This document shows positions 14,860 through 22,618 of a stretch of DNA of 46,864 nt, one piece after another (the first letter of the stretch is position 1; each line of letters begins with the position of its first letter). The DNA comes from Chloroflexota bacterium. GTDB lineage: Bacteria > Chloroflexota > Anaerolineae > Anaerolineales > Villigracilaceae. The stretch covers positions 1-46,864 of the forward strand of contig JACQYE010000086.1 of assembly GCA_016208355.1 (NCBI GenBank), given 5' to 3'. The notes beneath the pieces were generated by a model. It was given only the letters and a program-made list of their open reading frames with translations, ran no database searches and had not been told where the DNA came from. The position numbers and the translations under genes are program-made.

Positions 14860-15750
14860 CTATTCAGCGGCAGCACGGACCCTCGTCCTGCCGCGCGTCC
14901 ATAAGCCTTCCCCCCAGAACAGGATCAGCGCCGCCCAGACGATGCCAAACCCTATCAATTGGCTGTGGCTGAAAGGCTCTTTGAAGACCAGCACGCCCAG
15001 CAGAAATTGCAAGGTGGGAGCGACGTACTGGATAATCCCCAGCAACGAAAGCGGGATACGCTGTGCGGCGGAGGCGAACATCAACAGCGGGACCGTCGTC
15101 ACCAGTCCTGCCCCGACCAGCAACAGGTCCGACCCAGCACCGGCGTGGAGGAATGCTCCCTGTCCGCTGACCTCAGAGAAAACCAGCCAGCCAAGAGCAG
15201 GCAAGAACAGGATGCCGGTCTCCAGCGAAAGACCGAAGAGGGATCCCAGGGGAGCAGTCTTTTTTACCAGACCGTAGATGCCGAAAGAAAAGGCCAGGGT
15301 GAGTGCGATCCAGGGCAGCCGCCCGTAGACGACCGTCAGGTAGGTCACGCCGACCGCGGCCATAACAACCGGAAGCCATTGGAAACGGCGCAGGCGCTCA
15401 CGCAGAAAAACAACGCCAAGCAGGACGTTAAGCAGAGGATTGATGAAATAGCCCAGGCTGGTCTCCACGATGTACCCGGCGTTTACTGCCCAGACGTACG
15501 TCAGCCAGTTGACACCGATAAGGATGGCCGCGGCAAAGTAAATGAAAAGAACGCGCCGACTGGAGATGGCCGCCTGGAAAGCTTTCCATTGTCTCGTGAC
15601 CAAGACGAAAGCCAGCAGGATCAAAAACGACCAGATAATCCGATGACTGAGCAGTTGCAGGGCCGGGACATGGTGGAGCAGTTTCCAGTAAACGGGGAAA
15701 ACTCCCCAAGTAACATATGCGCCGATGGCGTAGAGGATGCCGTGATTCAT
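14860..15750 (-). CDS. rarD: EamA/RarD-family (DMT superfamily) transporter
   Basis: MNHGILYAIGAYVTWGVFPVYWKLLHHVPALQLLSHRIIWS is a typical RarD N-terminus. Ten TM helices. AAGGAG Shine-Dalgarno upstream of the ATG at 15750. Confidence 0.85.
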   Translation of the reverse strand: MNHGILYAIGAYVTWGVFPVYWKLLHHVPALQLLSHRIIWSFLILLAFVLVTRQWKAFQAAISSRRVLFIYFAAAILIGVNWLTYVWAVNAGYIVETSLGYFINPLLNVLLGVVFLRERLRRFQWLPVVMAAVGVTYLTVVYGRLPWIALTLAFSFGIYGLVKKTAPLGSLFGLSLETGILFLPALGWLVFSEVSGQGAFLHAGAGSDLLLVGAGLVTTVPLLMFASAAQRIPLSLLGIIQYVAPTLQFLLGVLVFKEPFSHSQLIGFGIVWAALILFWGEGLWTRGRTRVRAAAE

Positions 15751-15850
15751 GCGTTGGAGTCTCCTTTGCGGGGCGCAAGTATACACTGCTATCTGAATTT
15801 TCCAAGGAGTTTACTCTTCGGAAAATCCTGGTATTGAATCCAATCAACAC

Positions 15851-15879
15851 AAAAGGAGCCGCCTACTATTGGCGGCTCC
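15851..15879 (-). terminator. rho-independent terminator of the small membrane protein gene
   Basis: Minus strand: GGAGCCGCC aatagta GGCGGCTCC followed by TTTTGTGTT. Confidence 0.7.
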
Positions 15880-15905
15880 CTCGTTCCCTGCTTTGACGAA
15901 CGGGG

Positions 15906-16235
15906 TTATTTCTTGCCGAAGAAATACTTCTTGAAGAACCACATGACCAGAGTGGTCAGCACTACCGGGCCGAGGAAGGCAAAGGCGGCGCCGAACATCC
16001 CGGTCAGGTATGGGCCAACGAACGGGAGCCCGTCCAGGACGCTGTAGACAGCACCCAGCACCAAGTAGCGAATGCCCTGATTGACGATATCGTCGGAGTC
16101 AATATAGAAAATAGCCGCCAGGATACCGACGAGCGCCAGAATAAGGGACAACCAGGAGGCCGAGAACCCGATCAGCCCAACCACCACTGCCACGAGCAGG
16201 CCAAGAAGATACAACCACTTGCCGATGTTTTTCAT
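15906..16235 (-). CDS. small (109 aa) membrane protein, unknown function
   Basis: Strong GAGGAG Shine-Dalgarno 7 nt before the ATG. Three or four TM helices. No family recognised. Confidence 0.6.
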   Translation of the reverse strand: MKNIGKWLYLLGLLVAVVVGLIGFSASWLSLILALVGILAAIFYIDSDDIVNQGIRYLVLGAVYSVLDGLPFVGPYLTGMFGAAFAFLGPVVLTTLVMWFFKKYFFGKK

Positions 16236-16300
16236 GCTTTTGCTCCTCTTTTTGTAGATTCGGATTGTGTGTAATCGCGATTACAACCAATACAACCCTG

Positions 16301-16326
16301 GTTGCGTTTGTGAGTTGCGATTGTGA
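16301..16326. repeat. tandem 13-bp direct repeat GTTGCGtTTGTGA GTTGCGaTTGTGA in an intergenic region
   Basis: Read directly (12/13 identical). Sits next to the perfect 14-bp palindrome GTAATCGCGATTAC at 16271-16284. Confidence 0.6.
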
Positions 16327-16358
16327 AAAAGGGAGCGTGATTGTTTTTGGCCGAATTG

Positions 16359-17264
16359 CTACAATCCAAGATGGTTGATGGCTACAACAATCTCGCCATA
16401 CTGGAAACGATAACCCGCCTCCACCAGCCGCCTGGGCGCGGCAGCGCGGCCTTCGAGGACGAGAACGGACATCTCCCCCAGAACAAGTTTTAGCAGGAAG
16501 GCCGGCGCTGGAAACCAATATGGACGATGCAGGGCTTTCGCCAGGATGCGGTAGAAATCAGCGTTGGAAACCGCTTCAGGGGCAATCAGATTGTACGCGC
16601 CGGTAGTCCGTTCATTTTCCAGTAAGAAACGCATCGCGCCCACCACATCGTCGAGGTGCACCCAGGGCACGGCTTGTTTTCCGCCTCCAAGCGGGCCACC
16701 GGCAAACAAGCGCACGGGCAGGGCCATCAACGGGAAGAGACCGCCTTTTGGGGCCAGAACGACTGCCTGCCGGGTGACGCACCGACGCACGCCCATCTGT
16801 TCCACTTCCTTTGTGGCATCCTCCCAGGCCACCGTCAGGCGGGAAAGGAAATCGTCCCCGGGAGAAGTGGACTCGTCCGCCGGGCCGCCGCGCAGACCGT
16901 AATGGTTGATTCCTGAGGCCTGGATCAATACCTCCGGGCGTGGCGAGGCGGCGCGGATGGCTTCAGTGACCGCCTGCCCAGCCTGGACGCGGCTGTCCCA
17001 AAAACGCTGTTTCTGCGCCTTTGTCCACGGCCAACGCGCCAGCGGTTCGCCCGCCAGGTTAATAACCGCGTCCATACTGGAAACAAGTTCACCCCAGCCG
17101 GAGGGTGTGCGCCCATCCCAGTGGACGAGAGTCAAACCCTTTGTGACGGGGGCAGGCAGCAGGTCCCGCCGGGTGAGCGCCCAGACAGTACTCCCGTCGG
17201 CCAGCAGGGAGCGGGTCAGCGCCTTTCCTATCAATCCGGTCCCGCCAGTTATCAGAATATTCAT
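16359..17264 (-). CDS. TIGR01777/YfcH-family NAD-dependent epimerase-like protein (SDR with DUF1731 C-terminus)
   Basis: MNILITGGTGLIGKALTRSL Rossmann motif and characteristic C-terminal ...RRLVEAGYRFQY. AAGGAG Shine-Dalgarno before the ATG at 17264. Confidence 0.85.
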   Translation of the reverse strand: MNILITGGTGLIGKALTRSLLADGSTVWALTRRDLLPAPVTKGLTLVHWDGRTPSGWGELVSSMDAVINLAGEPLARWPWTKAQKQRFWDSRVQAGQAVTEAIRAASPRPEVLIQASGINHYGLRGGPADESTSPGDDFLSRLTVAWEDATKEVEQMGVRRCVTRQAVVLAPKGGLFPLMALPVRLFAGGPLGGGKQAVPWVHLDDVVGAMRFLLENERTTGAYNLIAPEAVSNADFYRILAKALHRPYWFPAPAFLLKLVLGEMSVLVLEGRAAAPRRLVEAGYRFQYGEIVVAINHLGL

Positions 17265-17329
17265 CCTGGTTTCTCCTTTTCTAAGCCTTGCCCGGAGTGG
17301 AGTATAATACACGCCATTGCGGAGTTCTC

Positions 17330-17833
17330 ATGAACGCGCCAGTTTTGGTTCTCAACGCCAATTTCGAGCCGATCAACGTCTGCAACACCCGGCGGGCGGT
17401 AGGTTTGATTCTGTCAGGCAAAGCCGGGATGGTGATGAACGGACGCGGTTACATCCAAACGGTAAAGATCGCCATCCCGCGCCCATCCGTTATCCGGCTG
17501 GAGCAGATGATCCACCGGCCGCGCCCGCAGATAAAGCTTTCGAGGCGTGAAATCTTCCGGCGCGACAATTATACCTGCCAGTATTGCGGGCGCCATACCA
17601 GCGACCTGACACTGGACCATGTCCTGCCAAAGCACCTGGGGGGAGAGCACGTCTGGACAAACGTGGTGGCGGCTTGCCCGAGCTGCAACCATCGCAAGGG
17701 TGGGCGCAAACTGGACGAGGCGCGCATGACGCTCCTGCACATCCCTCATGAGCCGCCAGCCAGCGCGGTTTATGTGTTTGGACGGCACGTCGAAGAGAAT
17801 ACCGATTGGGAGCAATATATTCGAGGCTGGTAA
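17330..17833 (+). CDS. HNH endonuclease-family protein
   Basis: CQYCGRH...LDHVLPKHLGGEHVWTNVVAACPSCNHRKG (Cys4 + HNH motif), preceded by a conserved N-terminal domain VLVLNANFEPINV. Confidence 0.85.
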   Translation: MNAPVLVLNANFEPINVCNTRRAVGLILSGKAGMVMNGRGYIQTVKIAIPRPSVIRLEQMIHRPRPQIKLSRREIFRRDNYTCQYCGRHTSDLTLDHVLPKHLGGEHVWTNVVAACPSCNHRKGGRKLDEARMTLLHIPHEPPASAVYVFGRHVEENTDWEQYIRGW

Positions 17834-17839
17834 ATGAAC

Positions 17840-17879
17840 AAGCCCCCGGCTGATGAACTGCTGGGGGCTTTCGCTTTTT
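17840..17879 (+). terminator. rho-independent terminator after the HNH gene
   Basis: AAGCCCCCGGC tgatgaact GCTGGGGGCTT followed by TCGCTTTTT. Confidence 0.65.
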
Positions 17880-17880
17880 A

Positions 17881-18636
17881 TTAGAACTCCAGCGCCATCA
17901 AGTCTTCTGACAGCACCACGGGACCATCGAAACGAGTCTGGGCTTCGCGGACCGGGTCTCCGACCGCAAAGGGACCGGTTGGGTAGTGGATAAGATACAG
18001 CGCGCCGACTTCGGCCTGGCGGGCTATGTCCCCTGCCTGGGCGGCGGAGGAGTGTCCCGTGAACGCGCCGGCGGCTTCGTGAATCAACACATCCGCCCCC
18101 GCTGCCAGGCGGATGACCTGGGCGCAGGGTTCGGTGTCGCAGGAGTAGGCCAGCACCTTATCTTTTTGCTTGAATTCGATGCGCAGACCGATAGCCGGGA
18201 TCATGTGCTGGACAGGAGAGGCGGAGATGGACATTTCATCGAATTCCAATACCGTAACCATCTCCTGGGCTGGCAGGCGGTAAAATGCCACCGGGAAAAA
18301 ATCCGGCCAGTCAGCCCAACCGTAAAAGCCCATTAGATCCTCCATGCGGTCGAGAGTGTAATGCAGGCCATAAATGTTGAGCGGACGGCGCCGGCCCATC
18401 AGCCACATGTTCATCAGGAGTTGTGGCACACCAGAGACGTGGTCGGGGTGGAAATGGGTCAGGATGAGATCCGACAGATCATGAAAATCCACCCCAGCCT
18501 TTTGGAGGCGCAGAATTTGATTGCTGACACAATCTACCAATATGGTGCGCGTTTCGCCCACCAGTACCATGTGAGTGTTTTCGTGCGCTTCATCGGGGAT
18601 GGCGTTCGACGTGCCAAGGATGATAAGTTTCGGCAT
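17881..18636 (-). CDS. MBL-fold metallo-hydrolase (RNase Z-like)
   Basis: LILTHFHPDHVSG metal-binding motif, later HEAA and LIHY motifs. Confidence 0.85.
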   Translation of the reverse strand: MPKLIILGTSNAIPDEAHENTHMVLVGETRTILVDCVSNQILRLQKAGVDFHDLSDLILTHFHPDHVSGVPQLLMNMWLMGRRRPLNIYGLHYTLDRMEDLMGFYGWADWPDFFPVAFYRLPAQEMVTVLEFDEMSISASPVQHMIPAIGLRIEFKQKDKVLAYSCDTEPCAQVIRLAAGADVLIHEAAGAFTGHSSAAQAGDIARQAEVGALYLIHYPTGPFAVGDPVREAQTRFDGPVVLSEDLMALEF

Positions 18637-18666
18637 CCGCTTCGCCTTTCTGCCCCTATCCTACTC

Positions 18667-19539
18667 TCATTTCCCAAAAGTAGACAATAGCACAGGAGTA
18701 ACCCACGTCTCCACCGCCGCCGCAATCGCCAGGAGCGGCACGACCAGACCGACGAATATTCTGGTCCAATCGGCAATGGCCTCGATGATTATTTCTCCCA
18801 GGGAGCGTTGGGAGCGCGGCGTTACGAGAAGGACCGCGCCATACAGGACAGCCGCGCTGGAAAGGACCAGCGCGGTGATCTCGAAGATGCCATGCGGCAG
18901 GATGCCAAACACGGCTACCTTCCAGGGGGAGAATCCCATCACTCCCATCAACGATAACACCACGCCGATGACGGCCGCGTTCAGGAAATACATCAAGGCG
19001 CCCAGCGTACCGAAAGAGACCATCCCAAGCAAGGAAATAACCGCCACGGCCCGCAGATTGTGGCCCAGGATGTAGGTGTATGACAATCCGCCCAGGGAAG
19101 GCATATCCACTCCGGCTGGCAGGATGCTGCCAAGTTCACCAAATATTTCCTCGGGAACCAGGGCGCGGTAGGATTGGATCCACGAATAGCCGACGACAAC
19201 CGAAAGAATACCAAGCGCCAACGTCAACCAGATGGCCGGGGCCTGGCGGCGGAGCGTGGCGCGGACCTCGGTCCTGTACCAACCCCAGGGGGTTCTTGCC
19301 CCGCCGGTGAAGGACTGCCAGAAAACCCGACCCACCCAGCGCAGGTTCAACACGTCAATCTCGCGCCCAAGCAGGGCTTCACGCTGGAAATGAGCAATCC
19401 CGACCCGCGCCATGAGCACGGTCAGCACGGAGACGCCCGCCACCGCCAGCCATAGCACCTGGTCATTGCCCCAGAAGAGCATGACCGCCTCCCCCTGAAT
19501 GAGCAAAGCCATCGGGATGACGATGAACGAGGCCATCAC
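18667..19539 (-). CDS. membrane protein: two N-terminal TM helices resembling the tail of an ABC-2 permease, fused to a SpoIIM/DUF95 domain
   Basis: C-terminal FGILPHGIFEITALVLSSAAVLYG is the SpoIIM/DUF95 signature. The N-terminus ends in HFQREALLGREI, like ABC-2 permease C-termini. The start (GTG/ATG) overlaps the upstream stop. Confidence 0.7.
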   Translation of the reverse strand: MMASFIVIPMALLIQGEAVMLFWGNDQVLWLAVAGVSVLTVLMARVGIAHFQREALLGREIDVLNLRWVGRVFWQSFTGGARTPWGWYRTEVRATLRRQAPAIWLTLALGILSVVVGYSWIQSYRALVPEEIFGELGSILPAGVDMPSLGGLSYTYILGHNLRAVAVISLLGMVSFGTLGALMYFLNAAVIGVVLSLMGVMGFSPWKVAVFGILPHGIFEITALVLSSAAVLYGAVLLVTPRSQRSLGEIIIEAIADWTRIFVGLVVPLLAIAAAVETWVTPVLLSTFGK

Positions 19540-19883
19540 ATGTAGATCTGCCAGTCCTTGAGCGGGCTGACGAGCAGCGGCTCGATTGTGCCGCGTTCCT
19601 TCTCCCCGACAAACGCCTCCAGCGCGATCACCAACGAGACGGTGATTGGAAAAAAACCCACCACCAGCATAAGAAAAGGCACCAGGCGCTCCGCAATCAA
19701 TGGGGTATCATATTTCGCCGTGAAGTTGATGGCTGCCTGCGCGCCGGCATTCGCCAGGAACGGCAACACCACGGTCAGGATGACCATTGGGATGATGATA
19801 CGCCAGTCCCGCAACTGGTCGCGCAGTTCGCGCCACGCCACCAGCCAGACGATGCGGAATTCCTCGACCCAGCGCCTAGGCAT
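19536..19883 (-). CDS. ABC-2-type permease, N-terminal fragment (115 aa)
   Basis: WRELRDQLRDWRIII..., two TM helices, then the EAFVGEKERGTIEPLLVSPL motif of NatB-like ABC-2 permeases. It ends immediately afterwards at ATGTGATG. Confidence 0.6.
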   Translation of the reverse strand: MPRRWVEEFRIVWLVAWRELRDQLRDWRIIIPMVILTVVLPFLANAGAQAAINFTAKYDTPLIAERLVPFLMLVVGFFPITVSLVIALEAFVGEKERGTIEPLLVSPLKDWQIYM

Positions 19884-20799
19884 GGGTCATCTTCGCCATG
19901 GCCGCCAGGTAGACTTCCTCCAGCGTGCGCGGTACTTCCTGCATGGACACGACATCCACGCCGGACTTAATGAATTGTTTCAAGAGAATGGGATTGGATT
20001 CCACCGGGTCTTCGACGCGGAAACGCGGACCCGCCGCGGCCTCGTCGAGGAGCGTCACCCCGCGCGGCAGGTCGAGGGTCCCGCCCCGCCAGTTGCCCCG
20101 CACGCGGACCTGGTATTCTGCCGGCCCCAGGAGAGCGAGTTTCAACTCCTCCACCGTCCCCTGGGTCAGGATGCGCCCGCGGTAGATGATGGCGATATGG
20201 TCAGCAAGCATCTCCGCTTCGACCAGGTTGTGCGTGCAGATGATGATTGTCCGGTTGGCTGTGCGGAGGCTGGCAATAGACTGGCGCACAAGCCGGGCTG
20301 ATTCGGGGTCCATGGCAGAAGTAGGTTCGTCGAGGAGAAGCACAGGCGGCTCATGCAGGAGCGTGCGGGCCAGCGCCAGTTTTTGGCGCATGCCTTTGGA
20401 ATATTGCCCCATCGGGCGCCTGGCCACTTCGTCGAGACCGAAATAATCAAGCAGTTCCCCGCTGCGCTTCCGGCGCGTGACAGCATCCAGCCGGTAGACC
20501 TGTCCGTAGAAATCCAGGTACTCCTCGCCGGACATGCGCAGGTACAACCCATGCTGCTCGGTCAACACCCCCACCGCCGAGCGAACTTTGTCCGGTTCGC
20601 GGGCCACATCGTAGCCAGCCAGGCGTGCCCAGCCGCGCGTGGGAGCCAGCACCGAGGTCAGCATACGCACGGTGGTGGTTTTCCCGGCCCCGTTCTGGCC
20701 GAGCAACGCCAGTACCTGGCCGGGCCGGACGGTGATGGTGACACCGTCCACGGCCTGGAAGTCGCCAAACTGTTTGCTCAGGTCTTCGGTTTGGATCAT
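19876..20799 (-). CDS. ABC transporter ATP-binding protein (ABC-2 subfamily)
   Basis: MIQTEDLSKQFGDFQAVDG..., Walker A GQNGAGKTT, signature YSKGMRQKLALA, Walker B LLLDEPTSAMD, H-loop CTHN. The track ORF extends to TTG 20841. Confidence 0.9.
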   Translation of the reverse strand: MIQTEDLSKQFGDFQAVDGVTITVRPGQVLALLGQNGAGKTTTVRMLTSVLAPTRGWARLAGYDVAREPDKVRSAVGVLTEQHGLYLRMSGEEYLDFYGQVYRLDAVTRRKRSGELLDYFGLDEVARRPMGQYSKGMRQKLALARTLLHEPPVLLLDEPTSAMDPESARLVRQSIASLRTANRTIIICTHNLVEAEMLADHIAIIYRGRILTQGTVEELKLALLGPAEYQVRVRGNWRGGTLDLPRGVTLLDEAAAGPRFRVEDPVESNPILLKQFIKSGVDVVSMQEVPRTLEEVYLAAMAKMTHA

Positions 20800-20874
20800 G
20801 AAGTGACGGTAATCGAGAACTTTCGGTGTCTTCAGTTCCAACCACAGAAGAACAACCGATGTTCTTGTAATTGA

Positions 20875-21885
20875 TTATTTGTCGGCGCGTCGCGGGCGGT
20901 GGTTCCAGAAGATCAGGCCGCCCATCACCACAGCAACAACGACCATGAAGGTCTGGTTGAAATTGATGCCGCCCACCTGTGCCGAGTCGAGCCGCAGGAA
21001 TTCCAGGGAGAATCGCCCGATTGCGTAGGAAATCAAGTAGAAGTAGAAAATGTCGCCAGGCTTGAGCCATTTATCAAAGCGGCGGCCCACCACCAGGAGA
21101 ATAGCCATGTTGAGCAGGTTCCAGAGCGATTCATACAGGAACAAGGGATGGAAGTATTCAAAACTTTCATACCCAGAAACGCGGTGCAGTGGGTCAATGT
21201 AGATTTTCCAGGGCAGGTCGGTGGGCAGGCCGTACACCTCCTGATTGAAAAAATTGCCCCAGCGGCCAATCGCCTGCGCGAGCGCCACGCCTGGCGCGAC
21301 GATATCCGCCCAGGTGAGGAAGGAAATCTTGCGCTTGCGACAATAGATCCACAGGGCAATCCCGCCGCCGATGACCGCGCCCGGGATCCCCAGGCCTCCG
21401 CTGCGGATATTAATCGCGTCCAGCGGATGGGTCAGGTAATACTGGGTGGTGATCCCCTGCTCCACCATGGAAGGCGGGGGAGTGAAAATATGCCAGAGTC
21501 GTGCGCCAACAATACCGGCCAGCACCACCCAAAACAGGGCATCCCACAGGTAATCCTGGTTGAAACCGCGCCGTCTGGCTTCAGCAGACCCAAGTAAAGC
21601 CGCCGCAACCACACCCAGGGTGATCAGGATCCCGTAATAATAAATCTTTATTTCCCGGCCCTCAACAAGCGGGCGCAGGAGGAACCACGCGACCAATCCG
21701 ATAACGATGGCAGGAATAACCCAAAAAAGGCTTTGGGCGATTTCCTGCTTTTTGTCCCGCTTCTGTGCACGTTTGCCGCCCTGCTCTTCAACCCATTGTC
21801 GGAGCATAAGCGCCAGCATAACGAGGATGAACGGGATACCAATTAGTGTTAGAACCGTGACAGGTAAGTCAAAACCGCTATTCAT
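20875..21885 (-). CDS. lgt: prolipoprotein diacylglyceryl transferase, with an approximately 75-aa N-terminal extension
   Basis: GIVGARLWHIF, GGLGIPGAVIGG, GRWGNFFNQEVYG, GRFSLEFLR motifs. Confidence 0.9.
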   Translation of the reverse strand: MNSGFDLPVTVLTLIGIPFILVMLALMLRQWVEEQGGKRAQKRDKKQEIAQSLFWVIPAIVIGLVAWFLLRPLVEGREIKIYYYGILITLGVVAAALLGSAEARRRGFNQDYLWDALFWVVLAGIVGARLWHIFTPPPSMVEQGITTQYYLTHPLDAINIRSGGLGIPGAVIGGGIALWIYCRKRKISFLTWADIVAPGVALAQAIGRWGNFFNQEVYGLPTDLPWKIYIDPLHRVSGYESFEYFHPLFLYESLWNLLNMAILLVVGRRFDKWLKPGDIFYFYLISYAIGRFSLEFLRLDSAQVGGINFNQTFMVVVAVVMGGLIFWNHRPRRADK

Positions 21886-22580
21886 AATTTTCTCCTGGAA
21901 GGAAATTTGTGATTACGATGGGCATCAGCGCGCGCCCTCAGGATGCGCTGAATGGCCGTGAAATTGGCGAAAACGGCAATGATAAAAAGCACCACCAGCG
22001 GCAGGTTAAAGATCAAGCCTGGGATGAGTACAATATAACGTTCGACGCGAGTCAACAATCCAACGTTGGCGTCTAGCTTGGAAGCATCGGCGCGGGCCTT
22101 AATGTAAGATACAAGCACAGACCCGGCTGCCGCGAGGTAGGCGAGGACGATTCCGTAGGGATTGCCATCCTTCAAATAATAAAGGATGAAGCCGCCGAAA
22201 ATGAACAGTTCCGAATAGCGGTCAGTAACCGAGTCCACGAACGCGCCCCAGTCACTGACTTCGTTGCGCAGGCGCGCCAGGGCGCCATCCAAGGCATCCA
22301 CCGGACCCATGACGAGGAGCAGAATCCCGGCCCAGGTCATGTGTCCTAAGGCAATTAAAACAGCCACGCCAATCGTACCGGCCAGACCGAACAGGGTGAC
22401 GGCATTGGGTGTAATCCCAAGCCGGCTCAGGAAGCCAGCAATCGGATTCAATATCCAACGAAACCAGACCCGCATCTTGTCAGCAAAAGACTTCTTTTTG
22501 TTTTCAGAGATTTCAGTCAAATCGTTTTCCTTTTCTGGTTGAGATAAAACGGGGCAATAATACCATAACAAAGGGAACAA
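21882..22580 (-). CDS. CDP-alcohol phosphatidyltransferase-family protein
   Basis: DALDGALARLRNEVSDWGAFVDSVTDRY fits D-x2-DG-x2-AR-x8-G-x3-D-x3-D. Start uncertain: TTG 22580, TTG 22520 with an AAGGA Shine-Dalgarno, or ATG 22475. ATGA overlap with the lgt start. Confidence 0.8.
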   Translation of the reverse strand: MFPLLWYYCPVLSQPEKENDLTEISENKKKSFADKMRVWFRWILNPIAGFLSRLGITPNAVTLFGLAGTIGVAVLIALGHMTWAGILLLVMGPVDALDGALARLRNEVSDWGAFVDSVTDRYSELFIFGGFILYYLKDGNPYGIVLAYLAAAGSVLVSYIKARADASKLDANVGLLTRVERYIVLIPGLIFNLPLVVLFIIAVFANFTAIQRILRARADAHRNHKFPSRRKL

Positions 22581-22618
22581 CCGCCTTGCGATGGTTTTAC
22601 AATCCGGGCATAGAGGGG

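Noticed and set aside
14959-15837. 292-aa plus-strand ORF
   Set aside because: It lies antisense to rarD. It is a hydrophilic, low-complexity (Q/D/R/G) mirror of a membrane protein gene.
19558-21070. Several ORFs of 170-250 aa opposite the ABC ATPase, permease and lgt genes
   Set aside because: All lie antisense or out of frame to genes with strong motifs. None has a Shine-Dalgarno or a recognisable domain.
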